64,000 nt of DNA, from assembly GCF_030157465.1 (NCBI RefSeq), contig NZ_JAOAUU010000036.1, forward strand, positions 2,427 through 66,426, read 5' to 3'. Origin of the DNA: Zoogloea sp. (lineage in GTDB: Bacteria; Pseudomonadota; Gammaproteobacteria; Burkholderiales; Rhodocyclaceae). The notes under the pieces are model-generated. The model was given only the letters and a program-made list of their open reading frames with translations, made no database searches and was not told the DNA's origin. How positions within the stretch are numbered: the first letter of the stretch is position 1; each line of letters starts with the position of its first letter. This document shows, piece by piece, positions 19,800 to 31,188 of the stretch. A program made the position numbers and the translations under genes.

Positions 19800-22394
19800 A
19801 TGATCCCGTTCGCCAAAGAAACCATACCCATCAGCCTCGAAGACGAGATGCGCCACGCCTACCTGGATTACGCCATGAGCGTGATCGTCGGGCGGGCCCT
19901 GCCGGATGTGCGTGACGGCCTCAAGCCGGTGCACCGGCGCGTGCTTTTTGCGATGCACGAGCTGGGCAACGACTGGAACAAGGCTTACAAGAAGTCTGCC
20001 CGTATCGTCGGTGACGTTATCGGTAAGTACCACCCCCACGGCGACCAGTCCGTGTATGACACCATCGTGCGCATGGCCCAGGATTTTTCCCTGCGCTACA
20101 TGCTGGTGGATGGCCAGGGCAACTTCGGTTCGGTGGACGGCGATAGCGCGGCCGCCATGCGTTATACCGAAATCCGCATGGCCAAGATCGGCCATGAGCT
20201 GCTGGCCGATATCGAGAAGGAAACCGTCGATTTCGGGCCCAACTACGACGGCTCCGAGAAGGAACCGCTGGTTCTGCCGGCACGCATCCCGAACCTGCTG
20301 ATCAATGGATCGGGCGGCATCGCGGTGGGCATGGCGACCAACATCCCGCCCCACAACCTGACCGAAGTCGTCGACGCCTGCCTGCGTCTGCTGCAGGAGC
20401 CGGATGTTTCCATCGACGAACTGATCAAGATCGTGCCGGCGCCAGACTTCCCGACTGCGGCGCTGATCTATGGCCTGTCCGGCGTCCAGGAGGGCTACCG
20501 CACCGGCCGTGGCCGGGTGGTGATGCGCGCGCGCACCCACTTCGAGGACATCGGCAAGGGCGATCGCCAGGCGATCATCGTCGATGAGCTGCCGTACCAG
20601 GTTAACAAGAAGACGCTGATCGAGAAGATCGCCGAGCTGGTCAACGAAAAGAAAATCGAGGGCATCAGCGACATCCGCGACGAGTCGGACAAATCCGGCA
20701 TGCGCATGGTGCTCGAGCTCAAGCGCAACGAAATGCCCGATGTTGTGTTGAACAACCTGTTCAAGCAAACGCAGCTTCAGGACACCTTCGGCATGAACAT
20801 GGTGGCGCTGGTGGACGGCCGGCCGCGCCTCCTCAACCTGCGCCAGATGCTCGATTGCTTCCTCGCCCACCGGCGTGAGGTCGTCACCCGCCGCACCGTC
20901 TTCGAACTGCGCAAGGCCCGCGAGCGTGGCCACATCCTCGAAGGCCTGGCGGTTGCGCTGTCCAATGTGGACGAGATCATCGCTCTCATCAAGGCCGCTC
21001 CGACGCCGCCGGAAGCCAAGCGTGGCCTGATGGCCCGCCAGTGGCGCTCGGCGCTGGTCGAGGAAATGCTTTCACGTGCGGTGGCCGACAGCTACCGCCC
21101 GGACGGGCTGGCGCCGGAATTCGGCTTGTCGGCACAGGGCTATCGTCTTTCCGACGCCCAGGCCCAGGCCATTCTCGAACTGCGCCTGCAGCGCCTTACC
21201 GGCCTCGAGCAGGACAAGATCGTCGCCGAGTACCGCGAGGTGATGGACGTGATCGCCGACCTGCTCGACATCCTCGCCCGCCCCGAGCGCATCACCGCAA
21301 TCATTGGTGACGAACTGGCGCTCATCAAGCAGCAGTTTGGCGACCCGCGGCGCTCCGAGGTGGTGATGAACACCGCCGATATCAACATCGAAGACCTGAT
21401 CACGCCGCAGGACATGGTTGTAACCCTGTCCCACACCGGCTATTTCAAGCGCCAGCCGCTCACCGACTACCGTGCCCAGAAGCGCGGCGGCCGCGGCAAG
21501 CAGGCGGCTGCGGTCAAGGATGACGATTTCGTCGACCAGCTTTTCGTGGCCAACACCCACGATCACATCCTGTGCTTCTCGAACCGCGGCCGGCTGTACT
21601 GGCTCAAGGTGTATGAAGTGCCGGAAGGCACCCGCAATTCCCGCGGCCGCCCGATCGTCAATCTCTTCCCGCTGCTCGAAGGCGAGAAGATCACCGCGGT
21701 GCTGCCGGTCAAGGAGTTCGACGAAGGCCATTTCGTCTTCATGGCGACGGCCCAGGGCACGGTCAAGAAGACCCCGCTCACTGATTTCTCCAATCCCCGC
21801 AAGGCCGGCATCATCGCCGTCGGCCTCGATGATGGCGATTACCTGGTCGGCGTTGCGATCACCGACGGTCAGCACGACGTGATGATGTTCTCCGACGCCG
21901 GCAAGGCCGTGCGCTTCAGCGAGAACGACGTGCGTCCGATGGGCCGTCAGGCCCGCGGCGTGCGCGGCATGATGCTCGAGGACGGTCAGACCGTCATCGC
22001 CATGCTGGTGGCCAGCGACGAGGAGCAGAGCGTCCTCACCGCGACCCAGAACGGCTTCGGCAAGCGCACGCCGATTGCCGAATACACCCGCCACGGCCGC
22101 GGCACCAAGGGCATGATCGCGATCCAGACATCGGATCGCAACGGCAAGGTGGTCGCCGCCACGCTGGTCACCGAGAAAGACCAGATCATGCTGATCACCA
22201 CGGGCGGCGTGCTGGTGCGTACCCGGGTTTCCGAGATTCGCGAGATGGGCCGTGCAACGCAGGGCGTCACGCTGATCTCGGTGGACGAGGGCAGCGTGCT
22301 GTCCGGCGTGCAGAAGATTCTGGAAGGTGAAGAGGACGAGCAGGATGCCGGCCACGACGAGGCGAGTGACGAAGGCACTCAGCCCGAAGTCTGA
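19800..22394 (+). CDS. gyrA: DNA gyrase subunit A
   Basis: [29 protein letters not shown], GyrA-box QKRGGRG. Confidence 0.98.
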   Translation: MIPFAKETIPISLEDEMRHAYLDYAMSVIVGRALPDVRDGLKPVHRRVLFAMHELGNDWNKAYKKSARIVGDVIGKYHPHGDQSVYDTIVRMAQDFSLRYMLVDGQGNFGSVDGDSAAAMRYTEIRMAKIGHELLADIEKETVDFGPNYDGSEKEPLVLPARIPNLLINGSGGIAVGMATNIPPHNLTEVVDACLRLLQEPDVSIDELIKIVPAPDFPTAALIYGLSGVQEGYRTGRGRVVMRARTHFEDIGKGDRQAIIVDELPYQVNKKTLIEKIAELVNEKKIEGISDIRDESDKSGMRMVLELKRNEMPDVVLNNLFKQTQLQDTFGMNMVALVDGRPRLLNLRQMLDCFLAHRREVVTRRTVFELRKARERGHILEGLAVALSNVDEIIALIKAAPTPPEAKRGLMARQWRSALVEEMLSRAVADSYRPDGLAPEFGLSAQGYRLSDAQAQAILELRLQRLTGLEQDKIVAEYREVMDVIADLLDILARPERITAIIGDELALIKQQFGDPRRSEVVMNTADINIEDLITPQDMVVTLSHTGYFKRQPLTDYRAQKRGGRGKQAAAVKDDDFVDQLFVANTHDHILCFSNRGRLYWLKVYEVPEGTRNSRGRPIVNLFPLLEGEKITAVLPVKEFDEGHFVFMATAQGTVKKTPLTDFSNPRKAGIIAVGLDDGDYLVGVAITDGQHDVMMFSDAGKAVRFSENDVRPMGRQARGVRGMMLEDGQTVIAMLVASDEEQSVLTATQNGFGKRTPIAEYTRHGRGTKGMIAIQTSDRNGKVVAATLVTEKDQIMLITTGGVLVRTRVSEIREMGRATQGVTLISVDEGSVLSGVQKILEGEEDEQDAGHDEASDEGTQPEV

Positions 22395-22422
22395 ACGGAT
22401 TGACGCAGGAAGGATTTAGACA

Positions 22423-23505
22423 ATGCGCATTTTCAATTTCTCGGCCGGTCCGGCCGTGTTGCCCACCGCAGTGCTGGAACAGGCCCGCGATGAACTGCTC
22501 GACTGGCACGGTTGCGGCATGAGCATCATGGAGATGAGCCACCGGGGCAAGGATTTCACCGGGGTCATCGAGGAGGCGGAAGCCGATCTGCGTGATCTGA
22601 TGGGCATCCCGTCGAATTACAAGGTGCTCTTCCTGCAGGGCGGGGCGACGCAGCAGTTCGCGCAGATCCCGATGAACCTGCTGGCCGGTCGCTCGGCCGA
22701 TTATGTCGTCACGGGTTCGTGGTCGAAAAAGGCCTACAAGGAAGCGCAGCGCATCGGCGGCGTTCGCCTGGCCGGCACGACGGAGTCCGGCAAGTTCACC
22801 TGCGTGCCCGCCGCCGGCGAACTGCAATTCGACCCGCAGGCTGCCTACGCGCACATCTGCACCAACGAAACCATCCACGGTGTCGAGATGTTCGACCTGC
22901 CGGACGTGCCGGCAGGCGTGCCGCTGGTCGCCGACATGAGTTCCCACGTCCTGTCGCGCCCGATGGATGTTTCGCGCTATGGCCTGATCTACGCCGGTGC
23001 CCAGAAGAACATCGGTCCGGCAGGGCTCGTCATCGTGATCGTGCGTGAAGACCTGCTGGGCAAGGCCTTGCCGAGTACGCCCTCGGTGATGGATTTCAGC
23101 GTCATGGCCGAGCACGGCTCGATGCTCAATACCCCGCCCACCTTCGGAATCTATCTGGCCGGGCTGGTCTTCAAGCACCTCAAGGCCCAAGGTGGCCTGG
23201 CGGCGGTCGAAGCGGCCAATATCGCCAAGGCCACGCTGCTCTACGACGCCATCGAGAGCAGTGGCGGCTTCTACCGCAATCCGGTGGAGCAGGGCTGTCG
23301 CTCGCGCATGAACGTGCCCTTCACGCTGGAAAACCCGGCGCTGGATGCAGACTTCCTGGCCGAGGCTGCAGCGCGTCGGCTGGCCGGCCTCAAGGGTCAC
23401 AAGTCGGTGGGCGGCATGCGTGCGTCGATCTACAACGCCATGTCGCTGGAAGGTGTGGCTGCGCTGGTCGAGCTGATGCAGGATTTCGCTGCGCGCAAGG
23501 CGTGA
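22423..23505 (+). CDS. serC: Phosphoserine aminotransferase
   Basis: FNFSAGPA, NETIHGVE, YAGAQKNIGPAG, GHKSVGGMRASIYNA. Confidence 0.97.
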   Translation: MRIFNFSAGPAVLPTAVLEQARDELLDWHGCGMSIMEMSHRGKDFTGVIEEAEADLRDLMGIPSNYKVLFLQGGATQQFAQIPMNLLAGRSADYVVTGSWSKKAYKEAQRIGGVRLAGTTESGKFTCVPAAGELQFDPQAAYAHICTNETIHGVEMFDLPDVPAGVPLVADMSSHVLSRPMDVSRYGLIYAGAQKNIGPAGLVIVIVREDLLGKALPSTPSVMDFSVMAEHGSMLNTPPTFGIYLAGLVFKHLKAQGGLAAVEAANIAKATLLYDAIESSGGFYRNPVEQGCRSRMNVPFTLENPALDADFLAEAAARRLAGLKGHKSVGGMRASIYNAMSLEGVAALVELMQDFAARKA

Positions 23506-23528
23506 GCGTCGCAATTTCAGGAGAAGGC

Positions 23529-24620
23529 ATGAACGAGGGGATGCTGCAGGAACTGGGCGTGGTCCGCGACGAGATCGACGCCATCGATGCACAGATGCTG
23601 GCGCTGCTCAATGAGCGGGCCAAATGTGCCCAGCACGTGGGTGAAATCAAGGCCCGCTACGGCGAGGCAGGGCAGGTTTATCGTCCCGAGCGCGAGGCCC
23701 AGGTGCTGCGCCGGGTCCAGAGCCTGAACGCGGGCCCGCTGCCAGACGAAAGCGTCACGTTCTTCTTCCGTGAAGTGATGTCGGCGTGCCTGTCGCTGGA
23801 AAACCCGTTGGGCGTAGCCTTCCTCGGCCCCCTCGGGACTTTTTCCGAGAGCGCGGCGGTCAAGCATTTCGGTCATGCCGCGCGCCTCGCGCCGCAGGGC
23901 TCGATCGACGACGTCTTTCGCGAGGTTGAGGCCGGCCATGCCCAATACGGCGTTGTTCCGGTCGAGAACTCCACCGAAGGCGCCGTTGGCCGCACGCTGG
24001 ATCTGCTCTTCGGTTCGCCGCTCAAGATCTGCGGTGAAGTCGTGCTGCGCATCCATCAGCACCTGATGACCCGCGAAACCAGTCTTGCGGGCATTACCCG
24101 GGTTTATTCCCACGCCCAGTCCCTGGCCCAGTGCCACGAGTGGCTCAACCGCTCGCTGCCCGGCGTGGCACGGATTTCCGTCGGCAGCAACGCCGAGGCC
24201 GCCCGGCTGGCGTCCATCGAGCCCGGAACCGCGGCGATCGCTGGCGAGGCCGCCTCAGAGCGTTACGACCTGCCGCGCCTCGTCGAAAGCATCGAAGACG
24301 AGCCCAACAACACGACCCGCTTCGTCGTCATCGCCCGCCACGATGCGGGCCGTTCGGGCGTCGACAAGACCTCGCTGATCATGTCGGCTTCCAACCGCCC
24401 GGGCGCAGTGCACGAATTGCTGGCGCCCTTTGCCGACGCCGGCGTGTCGATGAACCGCCTGGAGTCCCGCCCGGCTCGCGCGGCTCTCTGGGAATACGTT
24501 TTTTACGTGGACGTCGAGGGCCACCGGGACGACCCGGCCGTAAAGGCAGCTCTTGATGCGCTGGCCTCTCGCGCCGCCTTCCTGAAAGTCCTGGGTTCCT
24601 ACCCCCAGGCTGTTTACTGA
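23529..24620 (+). CDS. pheA: Chorismate mutase/prephenate dehydratase (P-protein)
   Basis: RDEIDAID..LLNERA, YRPERE, PVENSTEG, NNTTRF, ACT domain ESRP. Confidence 0.95.
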   Translation: MNEGMLQELGVVRDEIDAIDAQMLALLNERAKCAQHVGEIKARYGEAGQVYRPEREAQVLRRVQSLNAGPLPDESVTFFFREVMSACLSLENPLGVAFLGPLGTFSESAAVKHFGHAARLAPQGSIDDVFREVEAGHAQYGVVPVENSTEGAVGRTLDLLFGSPLKICGEVVLRIHQHLMTRETSLAGITRVYSHAQSLAQCHEWLNRSLPGVARISVGSNAEAARLASIEPGTAAIAGEAASERYDLPRLVESIEDEPNNTTRFVVIARHDAGRSGVDKTSLIMSASNRPGAVHELLAPFADAGVSMNRLESRPARAALWEYVFYVDVEGHRDDPAVKAALDALASRAAFLKVLGSYPQAVY

Positions 24621-24639
24621 TTGTCCCCAGGAGTCATCA

Positions 24640-25737
24640 ATGCGTTTGTGTGATCTGGCACCTGCCCACATCCGGGCGATTTCTCCCTACCAGCCCGGCA
24701 AGCCGATTTCCGAACTGGCCCGCGAAATGGGGCTGGCGGAAGAGTCCATCGTCAAGCTGGCTTCCAATGAAAATCCGCTCGGCGTCGGCGAAAAAACCCG
24801 TGCCGCGATGTACGCGGCGCTGGCCGACATCGCCCGCTACCCGGATGGCAACGGTTTCGAGCTGAAGGATGCACTGCGTCGCCGCTATGGCGTCGAGCTC
24901 AACCAGATCGTGCTCGGCAACGGCTCCAACGACATTCTGGAAATGGTTGCCGGTGCCTTGCTCGGGCCCGAGCGCGAGGCTGTGTTCGCGCAGCACGCTT
25001 TCGCCGTTTACCCTCTGGCAACCCAGGCCGCGGGTGCCCGTGGCATCGAAGTGCCGGCAAAGAATTTCGGCCATGATCTAGACGCCATGCTGGCGGCGAT
25101 CACCCCCGCCACCCGCGTCGTTTTTATCGCCAACCCGAACAACCCGACCGGCACCTTCGTGCCTGGCCACGCACTCGAAGCCTTCCTGGCCCGCGTGCCG
25201 GAGCACGTGCTGGTCGTCCTCGACGAGGCCTATACCGAATACCTGGCGCCGGACCAGCGCTACGACGCCGTTGCCTGGATCACGCGTTTCCCCAATTTGC
25301 TGGTCAGTCGCACCTTCTCGAAGGCCTATGGCCTTGCCGGCCTGCGGGTGGGTTACGGCCTGGGCAGCCCGGAAGTCATCGACCTGCTGAACCGGGTGCG
25401 TCAGCCGTTCAACGTGTGCAGCGTGGGCCTGGCGGCTGCTGCTGCGGCCCTGTTCGACGACGAGTTCTTGCAGCGCAGCTACGAACTCAACCGTGACGGC
25501 ATGGTGCAGCTGACCGAAGGCTTCCGGCGTCTCGGTCTCGACTGGATTCCGTCCGCGGGCAATTTCGTCACCTTCAAGGTGGGCGATGGTGCCGACGTCA
25601 ATCTGCGCCTGCTGCGGCAGGGCGTCATCGTGCGCCCCATCGCCGCATACGGCATGCCCGAGTGGCTGCGAGTTTCGATCGGCCTCGAAAGCGAGAACGC
25701 TCGCTTCCTCGAAGCCCTTCCCGATGCCTTGACCTGA
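24640..25737 (+). CDS. hisC: Histidinol-phosphate aminotransferase
   Basis: YQPGKP, KLASNENP, ANPNNPTG, DEAY, RTFSKAYGLAGLRVG. Confidence 0.93.
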   Translation: MRLCDLAPAHIRAISPYQPGKPISELAREMGLAEESIVKLASNENPLGVGEKTRAAMYAALADIARYPDGNGFELKDALRRRYGVELNQIVLGNGSNDILEMVAGALLGPEREAVFAQHAFAVYPLATQAAGARGIEVPAKNFGHDLDAMLAAITPATRVVFIANPNNPTGTFVPGHALEAFLARVPEHVLVVLDEAYTEYLAPDQRYDAVAWITRFPNLLVSRTFSKAYGLAGLRVGYGLGSPEVIDLLNRVRQPFNVCSVGLAAAAAALFDDEFLQRSYELNRDGMVQLTEGFRRLGLDWIPSAGNFVTFKVGDGADVNLRLLRQGVIVRPIAAYGMPEWLRVSIGLESENARFLEALPDALT

Positions 25738-25749
25738 GCGGAGCCGGGC

Positions 25750-26643
25750 GTGAAGAAGATCGACAAGCTGGTTGTCTGCGGTGTCGGCCTGATCGGCGGC
25801 TCCTTCGCCCTTGCCCTGCGCCGGGCCGGATTGGTCAATCGCATCGTGGGCGTCGGCCGCCGTCCGGAGCCCCTGGATGCAGCCCTGCAACTCGGCGTGA
25901 TCGACGAGGTTTCCACCGACTGGGCTGGCGCCCTCGACGGTGCCGAGCTTGTTCTTCTCGCCATGCCGGTCGGTCAGATGGATGCGGTGGCGGCAGCGAT
26001 CGCTCCCCATCTCGGCCCGGACACCATCGTTACCGATGCGGGCAGCACCAAGCGCGACGTGATTGAAGCGGTTTACCGTCACTTTGGCGCACAGCTTGCG
26101 AATGTCGTGCCGGCGCATCCGATTGCCGGCGCCGAGAAAAGCGGGCCGACAGCCGCCCGTGCCGATCTTTACCAGAGCCGCAAGGTGGTGATCACGCCAC
26201 TTCCCGAAAACGATCCGGCCTCCGTCGCCAGGGTGCGTGAAGTGTGGGCGGCCTGTGGGGCAGTGCTTCACGAAATGAGCCCGCAGGAGCACGACCGGGT
26301 GTTTGCCGCGGTAAGCCATTTGCCACACCTGCTGGCTTTTGGCCTGGTCCATGATCTCGCCGGGCGCGCCAACGCCGAACAGCTTTTCAGCTACGCGGCG
26401 AGCGGCTTTCGTGATTTCACCCGGGTCGCCGGCAGCCACCCCGAAATGTGGCGCGACATCTGTGTCGCCAACCGGCATTCCCTGCTTGCCGAACTGGACG
26501 CCTATCTGTCCGAACTGGCCTATTTGCGGGCGCTTCTCGTTGAGGGCGATGGTCCGGCCCTCGAAGCCGTTTTCGATGAGGCCAGCCGGGCACGCAACAC
26601 CTGGGCCGACAAGGCCTTCCCGGCCTCACCCTCGGGCGAGTAG
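25750..26643 (+). CDS. tyrA: Prephenate/arogenate dehydrogenase
   Basis: [41 protein letters not shown]. Confidence 0.92.
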   Translation: MKKIDKLVVCGVGLIGGSFALALRRAGLVNRIVGVGRRPEPLDAALQLGVIDEVSTDWAGALDGAELVLLAMPVGQMDAVAAAIAPHLGPDTIVTDAGSTKRDVIEAVYRHFGAQLANVVPAHPIAGAEKSGPTAARADLYQSRKVVITPLPENDPASVARVREVWAACGAVLHEMSPQEHDRVFAAVSHLPHLLAFGLVHDLAGRANAEQLFSYAASGFRDFTRVAGSHPEMWRDICVANRHSLLAELDAYLSELAYLRALLVEGDGPALEAVFDEASRARNTWADKAFPASPSGE

Positions 26644-26722
26644 CCGTCCTGAACACCTGCGCGGTGTGCAGCAAGGTCTGCGCGCCGGCATTTCATTGCC
26701 GTCTCTGAAACAAGGAATTTTC

Positions 26723-28684
26723 ATGGAATTCATCGATCTGACGCCGATGCGGAAGGCCGCCGGGACGGTGCGCCTGCCTGGCTCCAAGAGCATTTCCAAC
26801 CGCGTGCTGCTGCTGGCCGCCCTCGCCGACGGCGACACGCTTGTCGAAGCACTGCTCGAGTCCGACGATACCCGCGTGATGAAAAACGCAATCGCTGCGC
26901 TCGGCGTCAAGGTCACGGAGGAGGGCGATGCGCTGCGTGTTTCCGGTTGCGGCGGGCGTTTTCCGCAGCTCGTGGCAGACATCTTTGTCGGCAACTCGGG
27001 CCTCAGCATCCGCACGCTGGTGCCAGCCATCGTGGCCAGCCTGTCCGGCTGCGACGATCCGGCTGCGAAGGTAACGCTCTCCGGTGTGCCGCGGATGCAT
27101 GAGCGGCCAATCGGTGATCTTGTCGACGGCCTCAAGCAGCTTGGCGCGTCGGTCGAGTGGCTTGGCCAGGAAGGCTATCCGCCGCTGGCGCTCAAGCCGG
27201 CGCTGCTCGGTGCCGAGCGGGTCAGCGTGCGGGGCAGCGTCTCCAGCCAGTTCCTGACCGGGCTCCTCCAGGCTGCGCCGCTGGTGGCCCGCGACAAGGC
27301 GCTGGTTATCGATGTCGAGGGCGAGCTGATCAGCCGTCCCTACGTCGAGATCACCCTCAACCTGATGGAGCGCTTCGGAGTCATCGTCCAGCGCGAAGGC
27401 TGGAGCCGTTTCATTGTGCAGCCAGGCCAGCGCTACGTTTCGCCAGGACGCATCGTCGTCGAGGGTGATGCGTCTACCGCCAGCTACTTTCTAGCGGCCG
27501 GCGCCCTTGGTGGAGGCCCGGTGCGGGTCGTCGGGGCTGGCAGGCGGAGCATCCAGGGCGACGTCAAGTTTGCCGATGCGCTGGCCACGATGGGCGCACA
27601 AATCAGCTGGGGCGACGACTGGATCGAAGCCCGTGCGCCGGCATCCGGCAAGCTCAAGGCCTTCGATCTCGATCTCAACCACATTCCCGATGCAGCAATG
27701 ACCCTCGCCGTGGCTGCGCTGTTTGCCGATGGTCCGAGCACCCTGCGCAACATCGGAAGCTGGCGCGTCAAGGAAACCGACCGCATCGCCGCAATGGCGA
27801 CCGAGCTGCGAAAGCTCGGTGCGATGGTCGAGGAATTCCCCGAAAGCCTGAAGGTGACGCCGCCGGCGCGGCTGAATTCTGCGGTGATCGACACCTATGA
27901 GGATCACCGCGTCGCGATGTGCTTCTCGCTGGTGACGCTGGGCGGGCCATATGTGCGCATCAACGATCCGCAGTGCGTGAACAAGACCTTCCCCGAATAC
28001 TTCGCCACTTTTGCCGGCATCACGACGCCGGTGCCGGTTGTCGCGATCGACGGCCCTTCTGCGTCCGGGAAGGGAACCGTGGCCGCCCGTGCCGCGGCAA
28101 TCCTGGGTTTCGAATACCTTGACAGTGGCTCGCTGTATCGCCTTGTCGCGCTGGCCGGTTTGCGTCAGGGTATTGCCCTCGATGATGAAGCACGTCTTGC
28201 GGCTCTCGCGGCTGCGCTGCCGGCACGCTTCGACGACGAACGGATTTTCCTGGGTGAAGAGGACGTGACCGACGCAATCCGCAGCGAGGAATGCTCGGTC
28301 GGCGCTTCCAGGGTGGCTGTGCTGCCGGCCGTGCGGGAGGCGCTGTTCTGGCGCCAGCGCGCCTATCGGCAAGGCCGTGGCCTCGTCGCCGAGGGGCGCG
28401 ACATGGGGTCGGTCATCTTCCCGGATACGCCGGTCAAGATATTCCTCACCGCGTCGGTCGACGCACGTGCCGAACGGCGTTATAAGCAGTTGATCGATAA
28501 AGGAATGGCTGCTAACATGGATGAGCTTCTTAAGGATTTACGCGATCGCGATGCCCGGGATTCCCAGCGCGCAGTCGCTCCTTTGAAGCAACGCGAGGAT
28601 GCGGCGCTACTCGATACCTCCGGAATGACGATCCAGCAAGCGGTCGATTTCGTCATCGGGCAGGCAGCCGCCTTCGTAAAATAA
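26723..28684 (+). CDS. aroA: Bifunctional EPSP synthase / cytidylate kinase (AroA-Cmk fusion)
   Basis: [37 protein letters not shown], then in frame [25 protein letters not shown]. Confidence 0.95.
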   Translation: MEFIDLTPMRKAAGTVRLPGSKSISNRVLLLAALADGDTLVEALLESDDTRVMKNAIAALGVKVTEEGDALRVSGCGGRFPQLVADIFVGNSGLSIRTLVPAIVASLSGCDDPAAKVTLSGVPRMHERPIGDLVDGLKQLGASVEWLGQEGYPPLALKPALLGAERVSVRGSVSSQFLTGLLQAAPLVARDKALVIDVEGELISRPYVEITLNLMERFGVIVQREGWSRFIVQPGQRYVSPGRIVVEGDASTASYFLAAGALGGGPVRVVGAGRRSIQGDVKFADALATMGAQISWGDDWIEARAPASGKLKAFDLDLNHIPDAAMTLAVAALFADGPSTLRNIGSWRVKETDRIAAMATELRKLGAMVEEFPESLKVTPPARLNSAVIDTYEDHRVAMCFSLVTLGGPYVRINDPQCVNKTFPEYFATFAGITTPVPVVAIDGPSASGKGTVAARAAAILGFEYLDSGSLYRLVALAGLRQGIALDDEARLAALAAALPARFDDERIFLGEEDVTDAIRSEECSVGASRVAVLPAVREALFWRQRAYRQGRGLVAEGRDMGSVIFPDTPVKIFLTASVDARAERRYKQLIDKGMAANMDELLKDLRDRDARDSQRAVAPLKQREDAALLDTSGMTIQQAVDFVIGQAAAFVK

Positions 28685-28765
28685 CCTCTTCCGCAGCCCG
28701 CCCGGGTGCGGAAGGTTTTTCAACCAGGAGCCGTTTCGCGACGGTTGTAAGGTTCTTTTTTCCAT

Positions 28766-30472
28766 ATGTCCACTGCCACCCCTGTTTCCTTCGAGGAAAG
28801 TTTTGCCGCCCTGTTTGAGGAATCCCTCAGTCGTCAGGAGATGCGTGCCGGTGAGGTGATCACCGCCGAAGTCGTGCGGATTGACCAAAACTTCGTCGTC
28901 GTTAACGCCGGCCTCAAGTCCGAGAGCTATATCCCCCTCGAAGAGTTTCGCGGCGATCGCGGCGAGCTGACCGTCGATATCGGCGACTACGTTCAGGTTG
29001 CCATCGAGCAGCTCGAAGACGGCTACGGCGAAACCCGCCTGTCCCGCGACAAGGCCAAGCGCATCGCCGCCTGGAACGACCTCGACAAGGCGCTGAACGA
29101 CGCGATCCTCGTCAAGGGCATGATCACCGGCAAGGTCAAGGGTGGCCTGACGGTCATGGTTAACGGCATCCGTGCCTTCCTGCCGGGTTCGCTGGTGGAT
29201 ATGCGTCCGGTCAAGGACACCACCCCGTTCGAAGGCAAGGAATTCGAATTCCGCGTCATCAAGCTCGACCGCAAGCGCAACAACGTGGTCGTGTCCCGTC
29301 GTGCAGTGCTCGAAGCTTCCATGGGTGAAGAGCGTCAGAAGCTCCTCGAAACCCTCAAGGAAGGCACTGTCGTCAAGGGTATCGTCAAGAACATCACCGA
29401 CTACGGCGCATTCGTGGACCTCGGCGGCATCGACGGCCTGCTGCACATCACCGACCTGGCCTGGCGTCGCGTGCGTCACCCGTCGGAAGTGCTGTCGGTT
29501 GGCGATGAACTCGAAGCCAAAGTGCTCAAGTTCGATCAAGAGAAGAACCGCGTCTCCCTCGGCCTCAAGCAGCTGGGCGAAGATCCGTGGGTGGGCATCT
29601 CCCGTCGTTACCCGCAGGGCACCCGCCTGTTCGGCAAGGTGACCAACATTACCGACTACGGCGCATTCGTTGAAGTCGAGCAGGGCATCGAAGGCCTGGT
29701 CCACGTTTCCGAAATGGACTGGACCAACAAGAACATCCACCCGACCAAGGTTGTCCAGCTGGGCGACGAAGTCGAAGTGATGATTCTCGAAATCGACGAA
29801 GACCGCCGCCGCATCTCCTTGGGCATGAAGCAGTGCATGTCCAACCCGTGGGACGATTTCGCCATCAACCACAAGAAGGGTGACAAGGTCCGTGGTCAGA
29901 TCAAGTCCCTGACCGACTTTGGCGTCTTCATCGGTCTGGAAGGTGGTATCGACGGTCTGGTGCATCTGTCTGACCTGTCCTGGTCGCTGACCGGCGAAGA
30001 AGCCGTCCGCCAGTACAAGAAGGGTGACGAAGTCGAAGCCGTTGTGCTGAACATCGACGTCGAGAAGGAGCGTATCTCCCTCGGCATCAAGCAACTCGAT
30101 GGCGATCCCTTCACCAACTTCATCGCTACCCACGACAAGAACACCCTTGTCAACGGCACCGTGAAGACCGTGGATGCCCGTGGCGCCGTGATCGGCCTGA
30201 ACAACGATGTCGAAGGCTACCTGCGCGCTTCCGAGTTCTCCCGCGATCGCGTCGATGATCTCTCCCTGCTGTTGAAGGTCGGTGAAGAAGTCGAAGCCCT
30301 GATCGTCAACGTGGATCGCAAGACCCGCGGCATCAATCTGTCGATCCGTGCCAAGGATCAGGTCGAGCAGAATGAAGCGATGACCAAGCTGGCGTCTGAC
30401 AGCTCTTCCGCTGCCAGCGGCACCACCAACCTCGGTGCGCTGCTGAAGGCCAAGCTGAACGAGCAGAAGTAA
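28766..30472 (+). CDS. rpsA: 30S ribosomal protein S1
   Basis: Six S1 repeats ([16 protein letters not shown] etc.). Confidence 0.98.
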   Translation: MSTATPVSFEESFAALFEESLSRQEMRAGEVITAEVVRIDQNFVVVNAGLKSESYIPLEEFRGDRGELTVDIGDYVQVAIEQLEDGYGETRLSRDKAKRIAAWNDLDKALNDAILVKGMITGKVKGGLTVMVNGIRAFLPGSLVDMRPVKDTTPFEGKEFEFRVIKLDRKRNNVVVSRRAVLEASMGEERQKLLETLKEGTVVKGIVKNITDYGAFVDLGGIDGLLHITDLAWRRVRHPSEVLSVGDELEAKVLKFDQEKNRVSLGLKQLGEDPWVGISRRYPQGTRLFGKVTNITDYGAFVEVEQGIEGLVHVSEMDWTNKNIHPTKVVQLGDEVEVMILEIDEDRRRISLGMKQCMSNPWDDFAINHKKGDKVRGQIKSLTDFGVFIGLEGGIDGLVHLSDLSWSLTGEEAVRQYKKGDEVEAVVLNIDVEKERISLGIKQLDGDPFTNFIATHDKNTLVNGTVKTVDARGAVIGLNNDVEGYLRASEFSRDRVDDLSLLLKVGEEVEALIVNVDRKTRGINLSIRAKDQVEQNEAMTKLASDSSSAASGTTNLGALLKAKLNEQK

Positions 30473-30483
30473 GCGGCTCGGGC

Positions 30484-30768
30484 ATGACCAAGTCGGAGCT
30501 CATCGCCCGGCTGGCGGAGCGGTTTCCCCAGCTGGTCGCGAAGGACGCCGAATTCGCGGTCAAGATGATTCTCGATGCGATGACCGACGCCCTGTCGCGG
30601 GGTGATCGTATCGAGATCCGCGGCTTTGGCAGCTTTGCCTTGAATTACCGCCCGCCCCGGGTTGGGCGAAATCCCAAGTCCGGCGAAAAGGTGCAGGTTC
30701 CGGAAAAATATGTTCCGCATTTCAAGGCGGGCAAGGAGTTGCGGGAGCGCGTGGACATGATGGGGTGA
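30484..30768 (+). CDS. ihfB: Integration host factor beta
   Basis: [37 protein letters not shown]. Confidence 0.97.
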   Translation: MTKSELIARLAERFPQLVAKDAEFAVKMILDAMTDALSRGDRIEIRGFGSFALNYRPPRVGRNPKSGEKVQVPEKYVPHFKAGKELRERVDMMG

Positions 30769-30821
30769 TCCCCGTCTCAGTTCATGGGCCGGAGTCATCC
30801 GGAGTCTTTCAGCTCGATCAC

Positions 30822-30851
30822 GAAGGCGGCGCAAGCCGCCTTCTTTTTTTT
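30822..30851 (+). terminator. Intrinsic terminator after ihfB
   Basis: GAAGGCGGC-gcaa-GCCGCCTTC followed by a T-run. Confidence 0.8.
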
Positions 30852-30875
30852 GTCCGTGTCGGGGATAATTTCAGA

Positions 30876-31184
30876 ATGCGCGCACTCATCTGGGTCTTCC
30901 GACTCTTCCTCTTCCTGCTGCTGTTCGGATTCGCCGTCAAGAATGACGACGTTGTCGTTCTGCGTTTCTTCTTTGGCGCGCAGTGGCATGTGCCGCTTGT
31001 GCTGGTGATCCTGTTGTTCGTTGTGGTGGGGGTTCTCATCGGTGTGACGGCAACGCTCGCCACCCTGTATCGCCAACATCGCGAGATTGGTCAGTTAAGA
31101 GGGAAGAACGAAGAAGGTACCAAGTCCGACAGGCAGAATCCGCTTCCCCTGGCCCACGGGCCCGATCTGCCGGAGAGCTACTGA
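30876..31184 (+). CDS. lapA: Lipopolysaccharide assembly protein LapA family
   Basis: Two TM helices, FAVKN motif, position between ihfB and lapB. Confidence 0.8.
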   Translation: MRALIWVFRLFLFLLLFGFAVKNDDVVVLRFFFGAQWHVPLVLVILLFVVVGVLIGVTATLATLYRQHREIGQLRGKNEEGTKSDRQNPLPLAHGPDLPESY

Positions 31185-31188
31185 CTCC

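Noticed and set aside
26339-26722. 128-aa N-terminal extension of AroA in the ORF track
   Set aside because: Overlaps tyrA out of frame; an AAGGAA RBS and homology support the start at 26723.
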